Counted from the stretch's first letter, positions 1-10,137 are shown. The stretch is DNA of 64,000 nucleotides from Salibacteraceae bacterium (GCA_965267285.1 OZ253948.1:1037480-1101479), one strand, 5' to 3'. Notes: a model not told the origin generated them from the sequence alone. Numbers and translations: made by a program.

Positions 1-2
1 CC

Positions 3-311
3 TTTGATGCCACGGCTGAGGAAAAGACCATTCGTGCAGGTGAATACCTTGTGCGCTATGTGATCAAGGAGCGGGATATGGTCATTCCGCCAAAACTTTC
101 TAACGCCACAGAGAATAAAGGTATCGTTGTCGTGGATATAGAGGTGGATCGATACGGCAATGTCACAAAAACTACCGCCGGAGGAATCGGTAGCACAACC
201 ACAAATGAATACCTCTATACCAAAGCAGAATTCGCCTGTAGGGGGGCACGGTTCAATGAATACCTGAAGGGGCCCATCCTTACAAAAGGGCAGATCATCG
301 TGACCTACTAA
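3..311 (+). CDS. 3' fragment of a TonB C-terminal-domain-like protein (5' end outside window)
   Basis: The frame is open from the window edge to TAA at 309-311. The listed start at 51 is an internal GTG. The ...KGIVVVDIEVDRYGNV...GQIIVTY pattern resembles the TonB_C-like protein at 19497-19949. Confidence 0.45.
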   Translation, partial: FDATAEEKTIRAGEYLVRYVIKERDMVIPPKLSNATENKGIVVVDIEVDRYGNVTKTTAGGIGSTTTNEYLYTKAEFACRGARFNEYLKGPILTKGQIIVTY

Positions 312-312
312 T

Positions 313-1566
313 CTAGAACAAGCGCTGCTTCGATCCTCTAATCACACCCAGGACCTTGCCTTTTGCCCCGTTTAGTTCCGGATAATTCACAGCCTTACTT
401 TTAAATTGATTATCCCGTTCTGCCCTAGTGTCAAACAGGGTGAGGTTGGCGGTGGAGCCTTCCTCGATGACCGGAGATTCTAATCCAAGGATGCTTCTTG
501 GTGTTATAGTAATTGCATCAATCGCCCCTTCAAGCTCTTTGTCGGTCAGGGCGCTGGAAAGTAGTGGAAGAAAAACTTCCAGCGTGGCCATGCCGGATTC
601 GGCAAGTTCGAACTCACACCGTTTGCTTTCGGTCTCATGTGGGCGGTGGCCACTTGAGATAACATCGATTGTTCCGTCGACCAAACCTTTCACCAGTGCC
701 TTCCGATCGGTCTCCGAACGAAGTGGAGGCAGTACCTTGTAGTTTGTGTCGAAACCATCCACATTCGAGGCATTGAACGCAAGGTTGGCTACAGCAACAC
801 CGCACGTCACATCTTGCCCTTTCCTTTTTGCTGCCTTTATCCTGGACAGTGCCGCAGCCGATGAAACATAGAGCACGTGCAACTTAGAACCGGTGTATTC
901 GAGCAATTCAAGATCTCTGGTTAAAGGCAGTTCCTCGGCTATGGAAGGGACACCTTTCAACCCGAGTGAGGTGCTCTCCGAACCTTCGTGCATTTGCCCA
1001 TTTTTGGACAAGTGCTGATCCATTGAAAATGACAATATCCTGGATTTGAGGTTCTTCGTGTAGAGTAGTCCCAACTTCTGGAGTTCGGTGTTGTGTATCG
1101 GGTTCAGATTGTCAGAGAATGCAACAGCTCCGGAGGATTCCATATCATACAATTCGGCGAGTTCCTCTCCCGCACACCCCTTTGTGAGTGCACCAATTGG
1201 GTGGTTGGTTACCAGGTTTCCCACACTTCTGTTCTTGGCGTAAGTCACTTTCGAATTGCTGTCTACTACAGGTGATACGTCCGGCATCGTAGCAATCTCG
1301 GTGAACCCTCCGTGGGCTGCAGACTTCAACCCACTGTCGAAATCTTCCTTGTATTCGAAGCCCGGATCTCCAATCCAGGTGCCCAGGTCGAACCATCCAA
1401 TCGATAAGCACAGGTTTGGCGATTCAACAACTTTGTCAGCTTTGGTCTTTATTCCTTGACCAATTTTCCCAACGATTCCCTTGTCGACAAATACATCCAT
1501 TCGCTTCCCATGATGTGGACTTCTCGTGTCGAGTATTTTGGCATTTTTGATTAGTAGACTACTCAT
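313..1566 (-). CDS. Dihydroorotase-like amidohydrolase, probably a non-catalytic PyrC'-type
   Basis: DHOase-like layout (KILD...DVFVDKGIV..., GGFTEIATMPD, ...GHRPHE...). Start chosen at MSSLLIK (ATG 1566), which overlaps the upstream stop as ATGA. The expected D-x-H-x-H reads DLGTW (1375-1389). Confidence 0.8.
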   Translation of the reverse strand: MSSLLIKNAKILDTRSPHHGKRMDVFVDKGIVGKIGQGIKTKADKVVESPNLCLSIGWFDLGTWIGDPGFEYKEDFDSGLKSAAHGGFTEIATMPDVSPVVDSNSKVTYAKNRSVGNLVTNHPIGALTKGCAGEELAELYDMESSGAVAFSDNLNPIHNTELQKLGLLYTKNLKSRILSFSMDQHLSKNGQMHEGSESTSLGLKGVPSIAEELPLTRDLELLEYTGSKLHVLYVSSAAALSRIKAAKRKGQDVTCGVAVANLAFNASNVDGFDTNYKVLPPLRSETDRKALVKGLVDGTIDVISSGHRPHETESKRCEFELAESGMATLEVFLPLLSSALTDKELEGAIDAITITPRSILGLESPVIEEGSTANLTLFDTRAERDNQFKSKAVNYPELNGAKGKVLGVIRGSKQRLF

Positions 1567-3566
1567 CTCCAAAGTTTTATCAATAATACTTCTACCAAGA
1601 GGAAGAGCAATGCCAACATGATGCATTCCTTCCAATATGTTATATCCTGGGTTTTTTGCTTCACCGCAGATGCAATAGACCCAAGGTTGGTTTCAAGCAA
1701 TTCGATTTCCGGCCTGGCCTCAGCCAGTACCTCTAATTCTTCCTTACTCAAAGAGGCCAAGTTTGACTCTTTTCTCGAAAAGTTAAAAGCAAGCACACCC
1801 AAGGTGCTGTTTTCCGATTCGAGGCTGTAGAACCCTTCGTTTTCGAGCGGCTCATTCATTCTTACCGAGAATACAGTACCTCTTTTGCGAAACTCAGGAA
1901 TGATGTCAACGCTGTCTGTTTTATTTCGAAGGTGTGGCACTTCATCTGGTTTTAGAGCATATTGAAAGTCAATCCAACGCTCTTGTCCGATAGTTTCAAA
2001 TATTGCTCGATTGCTTCCTGTCCTGAAAATCATTTGCAACATCATTGGGACAAACAAGGCATGTTTTGATAGGTTGCTTTGTCCTTCAAGCATGCCGACG
2101 TTGAGCAAATAACTTTTGGAAACACCATTTTCTACGAGATAGAGCATGGTGTTTTTGTTGGCATAGGTTAGCAGGGATGTACCCACCGTAGCAGGGTTTA
2201 GTATGTATTGACCTTTTGAATAAGGCAGGTTGATGTCTTTGGGCTCCTTCTCAAAAACACCTAAAAAATGAGGATGTCGATGATCCAATTTGTCGGCAGT
2301 CCACTTCGAAGTATCTGCCACAATGAGGGTGGGCAGGTTCAGTGCAGCCAAAAGAGCATTGTATTCTTCCACATTTGAATTGGAGGTGGTAAGGACACAT
2401 AAGTCCCGACCGGAATTGGAGAATTCGATCAATGACTTTCGAAGCCCGCTTGAAAGATTTTGAACCCCGGCAAGAAAGACGAAATCAGCTTTGTCGAGCA
2501 GTTCGTAATCGATCTGATTGATTTTCATGGAACTATTTGAAATACTGGAGTCGGTGGAGAAAAGGTTGTCAAAAATTGTCTGCACATAGCCGTGCTCGTA
2601 GATGGTTACCACCTTGTATTCCGTTCTCACGTTGTAATGGAAATACAAACGGTCGTCAAACCGGACGGGATAATCTTCGATTTCAATAATGGCGTTTTGG
2701 ATTCCTCTTGATTTTACAGAATAATCGAGTTGAAAGTCTATACTTCCTCCCGAAGGAACGCTGATGTTGGTTCTGGCCAGTGTTTGATCGTTGATCGAAA
2801 GAGTAAGCGGAATGTCCGATTGATCTGTGGTACCGTGATTACTAACCCTGGCCATAAGGGCTTCACTTTGGGCAACTTTGCGCACAGGGTCGATAAACCA
2901 TACCGAATCAATACTGAGGTTGTCGTTAGATTCCATATCCATTGGAAGGAGAATACATTGAAAATCGATGGATTCAGGCAAGGTAAAACTCGACCGCTGT
3001 GCATCTGTAATGGTGAAAAGGATATCGTCCTGCCCCGACCTGTACTTGTCGAATCGATTCACTACATCCTCAAATGGGACATACTTTGGAGATGTTTCAA
3101 GTTGAGCCAGCTTGTCAATTGTGGATTTCGGGTCGGTAGACCTCGGGGACTCATTTTCCAACCCGTTGGTGATCAACATGATTCTTCGATCGTTTTCATG
3201 CGAGCGAACTAGCTCATAGGCCGCCTTTTTCGCAATGTCGAGCGCTCTCCCATTTTGCGTAATCTGATCCATTGAATAACTATTATCCAGGTAGACCCCG
3301 ATCGTACCTGTATTTCCGTCACGATCGACTGGCACATAGGGCTGCGCGAACGCCAGCACGAGAAAGAATAGGAAGAGGAGTCTGCTGGCGAGAATAAGAA
3401 GACTTCTTAAGGTTGATACCGATTTCTTTTTCTCAATAACTTCTTTGAGAAACCGGACGTTCGTAAACTCAACTCTGCGATACTTCCTGAAGTTGAAAAG
3501 ATGAATGATAATGGGGATAGCCAGGGTGCCAAGTGCGAAGAGGAACGCTGGGTACAGGAAGCTCAT
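1563..3566 (-). CDS. BatA-type N-terminal double-transmembrane domain protein (aerotolerance-operon-like), with a C-terminal TM anchor
   Basis: N-terminus MSFLYPAFLFALGTLAIPIIIHLFNFRKYRRVEF matches the conserved double-TM BatA-domain signature. The last ~25 aa are hydrophobic. Confidence 0.7.
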   Translation of the reverse strand: MSFLYPAFLFALGTLAIPIIIHLFNFRKYRRVEFTNVRFLKEVIEKKKSVSTLRSLLILASRLLFLFFLVLAFAQPYVPVDRDGNTGTIGVYLDNSYSMDQITQNGRALDIAKKAAYELVRSHENDRRIMLITNGLENESPRSTDPKSTIDKLAQLETSPKYVPFEDVVNRFDKYRSGQDDILFTITDAQRSSFTLPESIDFQCILLPMDMESNDNLSIDSVWFIDPVRKVAQSEALMARVSNHGTTDQSDIPLTLSINDQTLARTNISVPSGGSIDFQLDYSVKSRGIQNAIIEIEDYPVRFDDRLYFHYNVRTEYKVVTIYEHGYVQTIFDNLFSTDSSISNSSMKINQIDYELLDKADFVFLAGVQNLSSGLRKSLIEFSNSGRDLCVLTTSNSNVEEYNALLAALNLPTLIVADTSKWTADKLDHRHPHFLGVFEKEPKDINLPYSKGQYILNPATVGTSLLTYANKNTMLYLVENGVSKSYLLNVGMLEGQSNLSKHALFVPMMLQMIFRTGSNRAIFETIGQERWIDFQYALKPDEVPHLRNKTDSVDIIPEFRKRGTVFSVRMNEPLENEGFYSLESENSTLGVLAFNFSRKESNLASLSKEELEVLAEARPEIELLETNLGSIASAVKQKTQDITYWKECIMLALLFLLVEVLLIKLWR

Positions 3567-3573
3567 TAAAACG

Positions 3574-3581
3574 CAAAGATA
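3574..3581 (-). promoter_or_regulatory. Candidate Bacteroidota -7 box TATCTTTG
   Basis: Plus strand CAAAGATA is the reverse complement of TAnnTTTG. It lies 7 nt upstream of the ATG at 3566. Confidence 0.3.
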
Positions 3582-3616
3582 TCACTTCCCATTCTATTCG
3601 GTACAAGTTCTACAAA

Positions 3617-5977
3617 TCAAAATGGATAGTTGATTCCGAAATTGAAGTGAAACTCCCTCAGGAATTTGGAGCCCGGGTCAACGCCTTTAGAAACTAGGAT
3701 CTGGTCGGTACGTGTTTTTTTCTGGTAAAACCACCGCTCACCGGGCAAGCGCGAAGGGTCATGAATTTTAGCCCCCAGGTCGAACCTGACAATGAAGAAG
3801 TCAAAATCCAACCTCAGACCCAATCCGCCACCAAGGGCTATTTGTCTATAGAATTCGCTCGTAAATCCTCCTTGTGGCCGATCGTTGTCACTTTCAAAAA
3901 GCCAGATATTTCCCGCATCGGCAAACAGCGCCCCTTCGACCAGAGATGTGAATTTAAAACGGTATTCAGCATTGGCCTCCAATTGTATATTACCGACCTG
4001 GTCGATGTTGAGGATGGTGTCCATAGAAGCACCGGGTCCAAGGCTTCTGGTAGCCCAGGCCCTCAGACCAGTGGACCCCCCGGCAAAATAGCTCTTCTCG
4101 AATGGTAGCACATTGAGATTGCCATATGGAAGACCAACTCCAGCGAAAAAACGATAGACCATTTCACTCGATTCGGAAATAACGTTGTATATCCGGTAAT
4201 CAACATCACCCCGCACATATTGCGCAAATCGAATCCCGGTTATGCTATAGCTTCCAGCAGAGTCCGAACTTTGATTTGTAGCGGCAAACAATCCTCGCAA
4301 ACTATTACCGGACGCCTCAATGCTTGCCCTGAAAAAATTGCTATTCGAACGCTTACGCAGAGCACGTGTATCGAAGATATAGGTCAGTCGGGTTGCACTG
4401 ATCAGGTGGTTGGAGTAGGCATTGATCAAGTCCGGATTATCAGAACTCAGAATTGTTTCCTGAAATTGCGGAGTCGGGTCGATCCATACCATACCGAGAT
4501 CGATGGGGGAGAGCTGCCACCCAACCTTGAGCGATGTTCTCCAGGCATATGTATACGTGAATTTGGCTGTCCTCATGCTGTAGTCCGGCCTGAACTGGAT
4601 TCGAAATGAAGGACTCAAACGGGTGTAGGGTTCAGAATATCGAGGGTTCTTAACCCTTCCGCCAATGAAAAGAAGATTTGGGGTAAAGAAGGACACATCG
4701 GCTCCAATCTCCTTCGTATTGAAGATCTGATTTGGGATGGAAACTACATTTTGTATTTGCTGATCCTCCAAACCACCGCTGATTGAAAACTCAAACTTCT
4801 CTGCTCCCTTAAAGAGGTTCTTGTTCTGGTACGTGAGTGCTCCATAGATACCTAGGTTTCTATTTCGGTTTGTTCCTTCCAGCTCCACCGAAAAGCTTTG
4901 TTTTTTGGATGGTTTGAGGTCAATGAATGCATCGATGTGGTTGGGCTTACCTGGTGTTTGGTCAAAGCTTATGGCGATGTTCTTGAAGACGCGCAAAGCG
5001 GCCAGACGTCCATAAGTGTACTCAACTGTACTTCTGTCATAGAGTCTGCCCGGTTGAATAAATATCGCCTTCTTAAGCACATTGGCGTCTACGCCAATCA
5101 TGTCCAACTGAGTCGCATAAAGGCCCTGGGAAATGAACACGTTGGAGTCCCGTTCGAAAACATACCCACCAGGCCGAACCAGAATCTTATTCACCTTGTA
5201 TGTTTGATGCCTGGAAGAGATCAAAGTGTCCTTTTGCCCAACAAAATCAGATCGAATTTTTGGATTGGTTACGATTACCTCAATGTCAACCTTGTTTTTG
5301 TGACCAGCCGTATCCACATTGAAGTAGACAAACTCTTTCCGAAATTCGTAGTATCCATTATTCTGCATGATCTTAGCCAGGCGAATGCGCTCGTCAGCCA
5401 TTGCATTTTCCGTGAAGAGTGAACCTGAAAAAATCTTGGAGGTAAGCTGAACAGCCATGGTGATCCTATCCAGAGCTGAATCACCAGTGGTATAGATGAT
5501 AGAGTTTACGAGGCTGGGCTCATATGGCGTAATGGTGTATTTGACCTTCTTCATCTTCTTATTATGCCAAACTTTTTGCGTCTCAGCCAGAACTTCCGCA
5601 TCGAAGAAACCGTGGGTGTGGAGATAGAGTTCCAGTTGCTTGCGAGAACGTTCGGTAATGCTGGAATCCAAAATCGTAACTGGCTCACCATACTCCATAA
5701 GCTTTGAGCCACCCTTTCCCTTAGATTCCTTTTTCAACCCCCAATGGTACAGGTAGGTATGCCAAAAGAAGAGTTTGAGAATCCGCTTGTTTGGTCTTTG
5801 CTTTGGGATTCCTTCGTATTCGTCCTCATCGAGTTGTCCAACAAGCTTTTTGTTTGAAGGGTTTGTTTTGAACTCGATGCTGTTTTTTCGAAGCACATGC
5901 TCTCCTTCCCCTGCGTAACGTGTGATGCGGCAGGAGGCGAACATCAAGACAAGTACAATCAGAATGGTGAAGCGCAT
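3617..5977 (-). CDS. BamA/TamA-family (surface antigen D15) outer-membrane protein
   Basis: Signal peptide MRFTILIVLVLMFASC, a long POTRA-like N-terminal part, and a C-terminal beta-barrel-type sequence ending ...FNFGINYPF (aromatic terminus). Start moved to ATG 5977. Confidence 0.75.
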   Translation of the reverse strand: MRFTILIVLVLMFASCRITRYAGEGEHVLRKNSIEFKTNPSNKKLVGQLDEDEYEGIPKQRPNKRILKLFFWHTYLYHWGLKKESKGKGGSKLMEYGEPVTILDSSITERSRKQLELYLHTHGFFDAEVLAETQKVWHNKKMKKVKYTITPYEPSLVNSIIYTTGDSALDRITMAVQLTSKIFSGSLFTENAMADERIRLAKIMQNNGYYEFRKEFVYFNVDTAGHKNKVDIEVIVTNPKIRSDFVGQKDTLISSRHQTYKVNKILVRPGGYVFERDSNVFISQGLYATQLDMIGVDANVLKKAIFIQPGRLYDRSTVEYTYGRLAALRVFKNIAISFDQTPGKPNHIDAFIDLKPSKKQSFSVELEGTNRNRNLGIYGALTYQNKNLFKGAEKFEFSISGGLEDQQIQNVVSIPNQIFNTKEIGADVSFFTPNLLFIGGRVKNPRYSEPYTRLSPSFRIQFRPDYSMRTAKFTYTYAWRTSLKVGWQLSPIDLGMVWIDPTPQFQETILSSDNPDLINAYSNHLISATRLTYIFDTRALRKRSNSNFFRASIEASGNSLRGLFAATNQSSDSAGSYSITGIRFAQYVRGDVDYRIYNVISESSEMVYRFFAGVGLPYGNLNVLPFEKSYFAGGSTGLRAWATRSLGPGASMDTILNIDQVGNIQLEANAEYRFKFTSLVEGALFADAGNIWLFESDNDRPQGGFTSEFYRQIALGGGLGLRLDFDFFIVRFDLGAKIHDPSRLPGERWFYQKKTRTDQILVSKGVDPGSKFLREFHFNFGINYPF

Positions 5978-5986
5978 AGGCGACAG

Positions 5987-5994
5987 CAAAACTA
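5987..5994 (-). promoter_or_regulatory. Candidate -7 box TAGTTTTG
   Basis: Plus strand CAAAACTA, 9 nt upstream of ATG 5977. Confidence 0.3.
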
Positions 5995-6040
5995 TGAAGT
6001 GCGGTGGATAAAGAATTTCGAATACACTTTCTTTGAAGCC

Positions 6041-6784
6041 GTGATCTCCACCAATCAAATTAAAGCCATCCGTTCGCTTCAGCAGAAGAAGTTCAGAAAA
6101 GAATATGGACGATTTGTTGTTGAAGGAAGAAAAGGCGTTGAACTTGCGCTAGCAAGTGATTGGAAAATCATTCAAGTCCTTGGTACCTCAGGTTGGTTTA
6201 ACTCAAACATGCACCTTATTCAGGACAAGTCGATACACTGTCATGAAGTATCGGAAAAGGAGCTGCGTCGCATGTCGTCTTTAAAAACCCCTGATGAAGT
6301 GATGGCGGTTGTAACAATACCTGAGGCATCCTCACCTTCTTTTGATTCTTCGATATTGGTTCTCGACGGTGTAAGTGATCCGGGCAACCTCGGTACGATC
6401 ATCAGAACGGCACTTTGGTTTGGTATTCGTCAGATCGCAATATCCAAAGGATCGGTGGACCCTTTTAGCCCCAAGGTGGTGATGTCGACCATGGGGGCTT
6501 TGTTTGGTGTTCAACTTTTCCAAACGGATTTGAAATCCATGCTAAACACTGCGGGCATGCCGGTCGTAGGATTCGCTTTGGAAGGGGAGGAGCAATACAG
6601 TGGACTTTCAAACGACCCCTTGATCATGATGTTTGGAAGTGAGAGCCATGGCATAGGAAAAGAGCTGCGAGATCAATGTGATCATTTGATCCGGATTCCC
6701 GGAGCTGACGGCATGGAAAGTTTGAACCTGGGAGTGTCTGTAGGAATTGGTTTGCACCAGTGGTTTTCACACCGAAATGGATAG
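6041..6784 (+). CDS. TrmH/SpoU-family RNA 2'-O-methyltransferase
   Basis: VISTNQIKAIRSLQQKKFRKEYGRFVVEG N-terminus typical of the family, and a C-terminal SpoU motif ...MFGSESHGI...IPG....SLN. GTG 6041 is preferred over the listed 5897, which overlaps the divergent gene. Confidence 0.8.
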   Translation: MISTNQIKAIRSLQQKKFRKEYGRFVVEGRKGVELALASDWKIIQVLGTSGWFNSNMHLIQDKSIHCHEVSEKELRRMSSLKTPDEVMAVVTIPEASSPSFDSSILVLDGVSDPGNLGTIIRTALWFGIRQIAISKGSVDPFSPKVVMSTMGALFGVQLFQTDLKSMLNTAGMPVVGFALEGEEQYSGLSNDPLIMMFGSESHGIGKELRDQCDHLIRIPGADGMESLNLGVSVGIGLHQWFSHRNG

Positions 6785-6789
6785 ATTTG
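6782..6789 (+). promoter_or_regulatory. Candidate -7 box TAGATTTG, 4 nt before the surE ATG
   Basis: TAnnTTTG match overlapping the TrmH stop codon. The spacing (tcca then ATG) fits initiation at or next to the start codon. Confidence 0.3.
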
Positions 6790-6793
6790 TCCA

Positions 6794-7564
6794 ATGGCCA
6801 AACCATTGATTTTAGTGTGCAATGACGATGGTGTACACGCCCCGGGAATTGAGGCGCTCATCGAGGAAATGACCTTTCTTGGAGACGTCGTTGCGGTGGC
6901 TCCCGACGGTCCACAGTCCGGTTCGGGCCATGGTATAACCCTCAACTCCACGCTTCGCATCAATAAGATCAAGCACGAAAAGGGATTGGAGGTATATAGT
7001 ACTACCGGCAAGCCGGTCGACTGCATCAAATTGGCGGTCAATGAGATCATCCATCGCAAGCCCAATATGGTCGTTTCGGGGATCAATCACGGATCCAACG
7101 CATCGATCAATGTCCTCTATTCCGGAACCATGTCGGCAGCTATTGAAGGAGCATTAGAAGGGATTCCATCCATTGGGTTTTCACTACTCAATCATAGCAT
7201 CGATGCGGATTTTACAACATCAAAACAAGTCGTGCGGGCGATAGCACCCAAAGTTCTTAAGGAAGGGCTACCGCAGGGCGTCTGTCTCAATGTGAACATA
7301 CCGAACTTGCAAATTGACGAGCTACAGGGAATTCGCGTTTGCCACCAGGCCAATGGAAATTGGGTGGAGGAATTTGATCGTCGGACAGATCCAAGTGGAG
7401 AGCAATACTATTGGCTCACCGGGCGTTTTGACCTCTACGATGAAGACGAAGCCAACGACATCATGTCGCTTAGAAAGGGTTACGTTACGGTGGTGCCTGT
7501 ACAATATGACCTCACGTCTTATGAAACGATGAAGTACCTGGACAAACTGGACATCAAATTATGA
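6794..7564 (+). CDS. surE: 5'/3'-nucleotidase SurE
   Basis: MAKPLILVCNDDGVHAPGIEAL..., GINHGSN and YSGTMSAA motifs. Confidence 0.95.
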   Translation: MAKPLILVCNDDGVHAPGIEALIEEMTFLGDVVAVAPDGPQSGSGHGITLNSTLRINKIKHEKGLEVYSTTGKPVDCIKLAVNEIIHRKPNMVVSGINHGSNASINVLYSGTMSAAIEGALEGIPSIGFSLLNHSIDADFTTSKQVVRAIAPKVLKEGLPQGVCLNVNIPNLQIDELQGIRVCHQANGNWVEEFDRRTDPSGEQYYWLTGRFDLYDEDEANDIMSLRKGYVTVVPVQYDLTSYETMKYLDKLDIKL

Positions 7565-7833
7565 GGGACACGATATGGATGGGGCTTTTGATAGGGTTTA
7601 TTACTCCACCTGCGGTCTTTGCCATGGTTTACGTGCCGGGATATCTCGCGGGCAGGTATTTCACTCCAAACTTCTACGAGACCATGTCTCTCTTTTGCAT
7701 CGGCGTCAATGCCTTGCTTATGTGGATCGTGATGAACCGATATGAAAAGGACAGACTCGGCAGAGGCATCCTACTGATCAATCTGGCCTACGCGTTAGCA
7801 TTTACCATTGTTTTTTACGGTATTTACGAATGA
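7561..7833 (+). CDS. Small membrane protein (about 3 TM), unknown function
   Basis: 90-aa hydrophobic ORF with ATGA overlaps to surE (7561-7564) and lpxB (7830-7833). Confidence 0.5.
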   Translation: MRDTIWMGLLIGFITPPAVFAMVYVPGYLAGRYFTPNFYETMSLFCIGVNALLMWIVMNRYEKDRLGRGILLINLAYALAFTIVFYGIYE

Positions 7834-8933
7834 AATTCTACATCATAGCAGGGGAGGCGTCAGGAGACCTGCACGCGTCCAACCTCATCAAGGAGTTCAA
7901 GGCGCTCCAACCGGGTTCAGAATTTCGCGCCTGGGGTGGTGACAAAATGCAGGAAGCAGGTGCTGAGCTTTCCCGGCATTATGAGAGTATGGCTTTCATG
8001 GGTTTTGTGGAGGTAGTTAAAAACCTTAGTGCTGTCAGGGAGGGACTGGACTTCTGCAAAAAGGACCTCTCAAACTACGACCCGGATGTACTCATTTTGG
8101 TTGACTATCCGGGATTCAATATGCGCATGGCTCGCTTTGCAAAGAATCTTCGATGCAAAGTTCTCTACTACATCTCGCCTCAAGTTTGGGCGTGGAAGAA
8201 AGGACGTGTTCACCAATTAAAGAAGTTGGTGGACGACATGTTTGTGATCCTTCCCTTTGAGCAGAAATTTTACGAGGAAATGGGCATGGGTGTACACTAT
8301 GTGGGTCACCCCTTGCTCGATGCTATTGAACAATACAAGGCAGAGAACGAATCAGTGGAGTACGAAAAGAACTTGGTTGCGCTTCTACCGGGAAGTAGGA
8401 ACCAGGAGATTCGCAAGATGCTTCCTATCATGATGGAGGTTGTCGACAAATCACCTGAGTTGAATTTTGCGATTTCCTGTGCTCCCGGTAAGTCGGACGA
8501 AATTTATGCGGAGTTTATTGGCAACAGAGAAGTTGAGCTCTACAGAGGGCATACTTATTCGCTGTTGCGTCGGTCGGAGGCAGCCTTGGTTACCAGTGGT
8601 ACCGCTACTTTGGAAACGGCCCTGTGGGGAGTGCCGCAAGTAGTCTGCTACAAGGGAAATGCGGCATCGGTGTGGATAGCAAGACGGTTGGTGAACATCG
8701 AATTCATTTCCCTCGTCAACCTCATCATGGGGCGTGAGGTTGTGACCGAGTTGATCCAAAGTGATCTATCAAGTGCGAGATTACTAGACGAATTACAAAA
8801 ACTATTCAAGCCCGAATACCGTAAGAAAGTACAGGACGACTACAAGTCACTTGTAGAAATTCTCGGAGGGGCGGGAGCATCAAACAAAACCGCCACCCTC
8901 ATGTTGAAAACTCTTAAAGGGCCTTCGGCATAG
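7830..8933 (+). CDS. lpxB: Lipid-A-disaccharide synthase
   Basis: MKFYIIAGEASGDLHASNLI..., DYPGFN, LPGSR..EI and TSGTATLE motifs. Confidence 0.95.
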   Translation: MKFYIIAGEASGDLHASNLIKEFKALQPGSEFRAWGGDKMQEAGAELSRHYESMAFMGFVEVVKNLSAVREGLDFCKKDLSNYDPDVLILVDYPGFNMRMARFAKNLRCKVLYYISPQVWAWKKGRVHQLKKLVDDMFVILPFEQKFYEEMGMGVHYVGHPLLDAIEQYKAENESVEYEKNLVALLPGSRNQEIRKMLPIMMEVVDKSPELNFAISCAPGKSDEIYAEFIGNREVELYRGHTYSLLRRSEAALVTSGTATLETALWGVPQVVCYKGNAASVWIARRLVNIEFISLVNLIMGREVVTELIQSDLSSARLLDELQKLFKPEYRKKVQDDYKSLVEILGGAGASNKTATLMLKTLKGPSA

Positions 8934-8945
8934 TTTTTTCGCCCG

Positions 8946-8964
8946 GCCTAATTTTGAAAACATC
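8946..8964 (+). promoter_or_regulatory. 19-nt element GCCTAATTTTGAAAACATC containing -7 box TAATTTTG (copy 1)
   Basis: Identical to 17517-17535. It ends 9 nt before ATG 8974. Confidence 0.45.
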
Positions 8965-8973
8965 CAAATTGAG

Positions 8974-10137
8974 ATGAGAACCCTGCTTTGTGTCATAGGT
9001 GGACTGATGTTGTATTGCCAAACAATGGCAACAAGTATCGTGAACATCGGAATGTTCTGGGACGGAAGACCTAAAGGCGCGGTTGTGTCCGTTTCGAAAG
9101 GCGCCTACAACCTTATAGGTGATGGACAGAGGAAGATGGAACTCAAGAAGGGCGATGTCGTCCAACTCAATCTCGAGGGAAGAAAAGTAAGGGTTGTGAA
9201 GATGGGGCAGGAGCTAGGATCCTTTACACAGATCAAATTTATCCGACAGTCATGGGGTTCGACCTTCAATATCAAAGCCGTCAACCCTTCCTATGAGCGA
9301 AGGGCTTACAATGACAATTTGTTTGTTTCGACTCAGAGTGGAAGGCTCAAGCTGATCAACAATGTCTACCTCGAGCATTACATTGCGGGAGTAGTTGAAG
9401 CGGAAAGTGGAATCAAGGAAAGCTTCGAATACTATAAGGTCCAGGCAATCATTGCCCGGACTTATGCGCTGAGCAATCTTGGAAAATTCGCTCATATGGG
9501 CTTTAACCTTTGTGACAATGTAGATTGCCAGGTCTACAAGGGAAAAAGTGTTCGCAACCCGGATATCATTCGTGCGGTGAATGCCACCAAGGGGCTTGTC
9601 TTGGTTGATAGCGATATCAATTTGATCAACGCCGTCTTTCATTCAAATAGCGGAGGGTACACGGTTAATTCTGAAGATGCATGGTCTCAGGAGGTGAGCT
9701 ATCTCAGATCAGTGAGGGACTCCTTTAGCCTTGGGCAACCGCACTATGCCTGGGAAGTAACCATCTCGAAGGATAAGTGGTTGAACTATCTCAACAAACG
9801 CTTTGGATACCCAACAGACAATGCAACCTTCGTTGGGGCTGTCACAAATATGAACCCCAATATGCGAAGGCCATACCTCACAGAGTACGATACGAGTATT
9901 TTATTGAAAACCATCCGAAGGGACTGGGGACTAAAGTCAACTTATTTCTCCATACGAGATAGAGGGAGCGATATACTGCTTCAGGGCAAGGGCTTTGGTC
10001 ATGGTGTGGGATTGTCTCAGGAAGGTGCCATGAAAATGGCGAACCTTGGCATGCCATTCAACGAAATCCTTCACTTCTACTATAAGGACATTCACCTTAT
10101 TCACCTCTCGGCGTTGGATTTTTTCCGATCGGAGTAA
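8974..10137 (+). CDS. SpoIID/LytB-domain protein (exported)
   Basis: Signal peptide plus AIIARTYAL, CDNVDCQVYKG, FHSNSGGYT and GHGVGLSQEGA motifs. Confidence 0.85.
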   Translation: MRTLLCVIGGLMLYCQTMATSIVNIGMFWDGRPKGAVVSVSKGAYNLIGDGQRKMELKKGDVVQLNLEGRKVRVVKMGQELGSFTQIKFIRQSWGSTFNIKAVNPSYERRAYNDNLFVSTQSGRLKLINNVYLEHYIAGVVEAESGIKESFEYYKVQAIIARTYALSNLGKFAHMGFNLCDNVDCQVYKGKSVRNPDIIRAVNATKGLVLVDSDINLINAVFHSNSGGYTVNSEDAWSQEVSYLRSVRDSFSLGQPHYAWEVTISKDKWLNYLNKRFGYPTDNATFVGAVTNMNPNMRRPYLTEYDTSILLKTIRRDWGLKSTYFSIRDRGSDILLQGKGFGHGVGLSQEGAMKMANLGMPFNEILHFYYKDIHLIHLSALDFFRSE

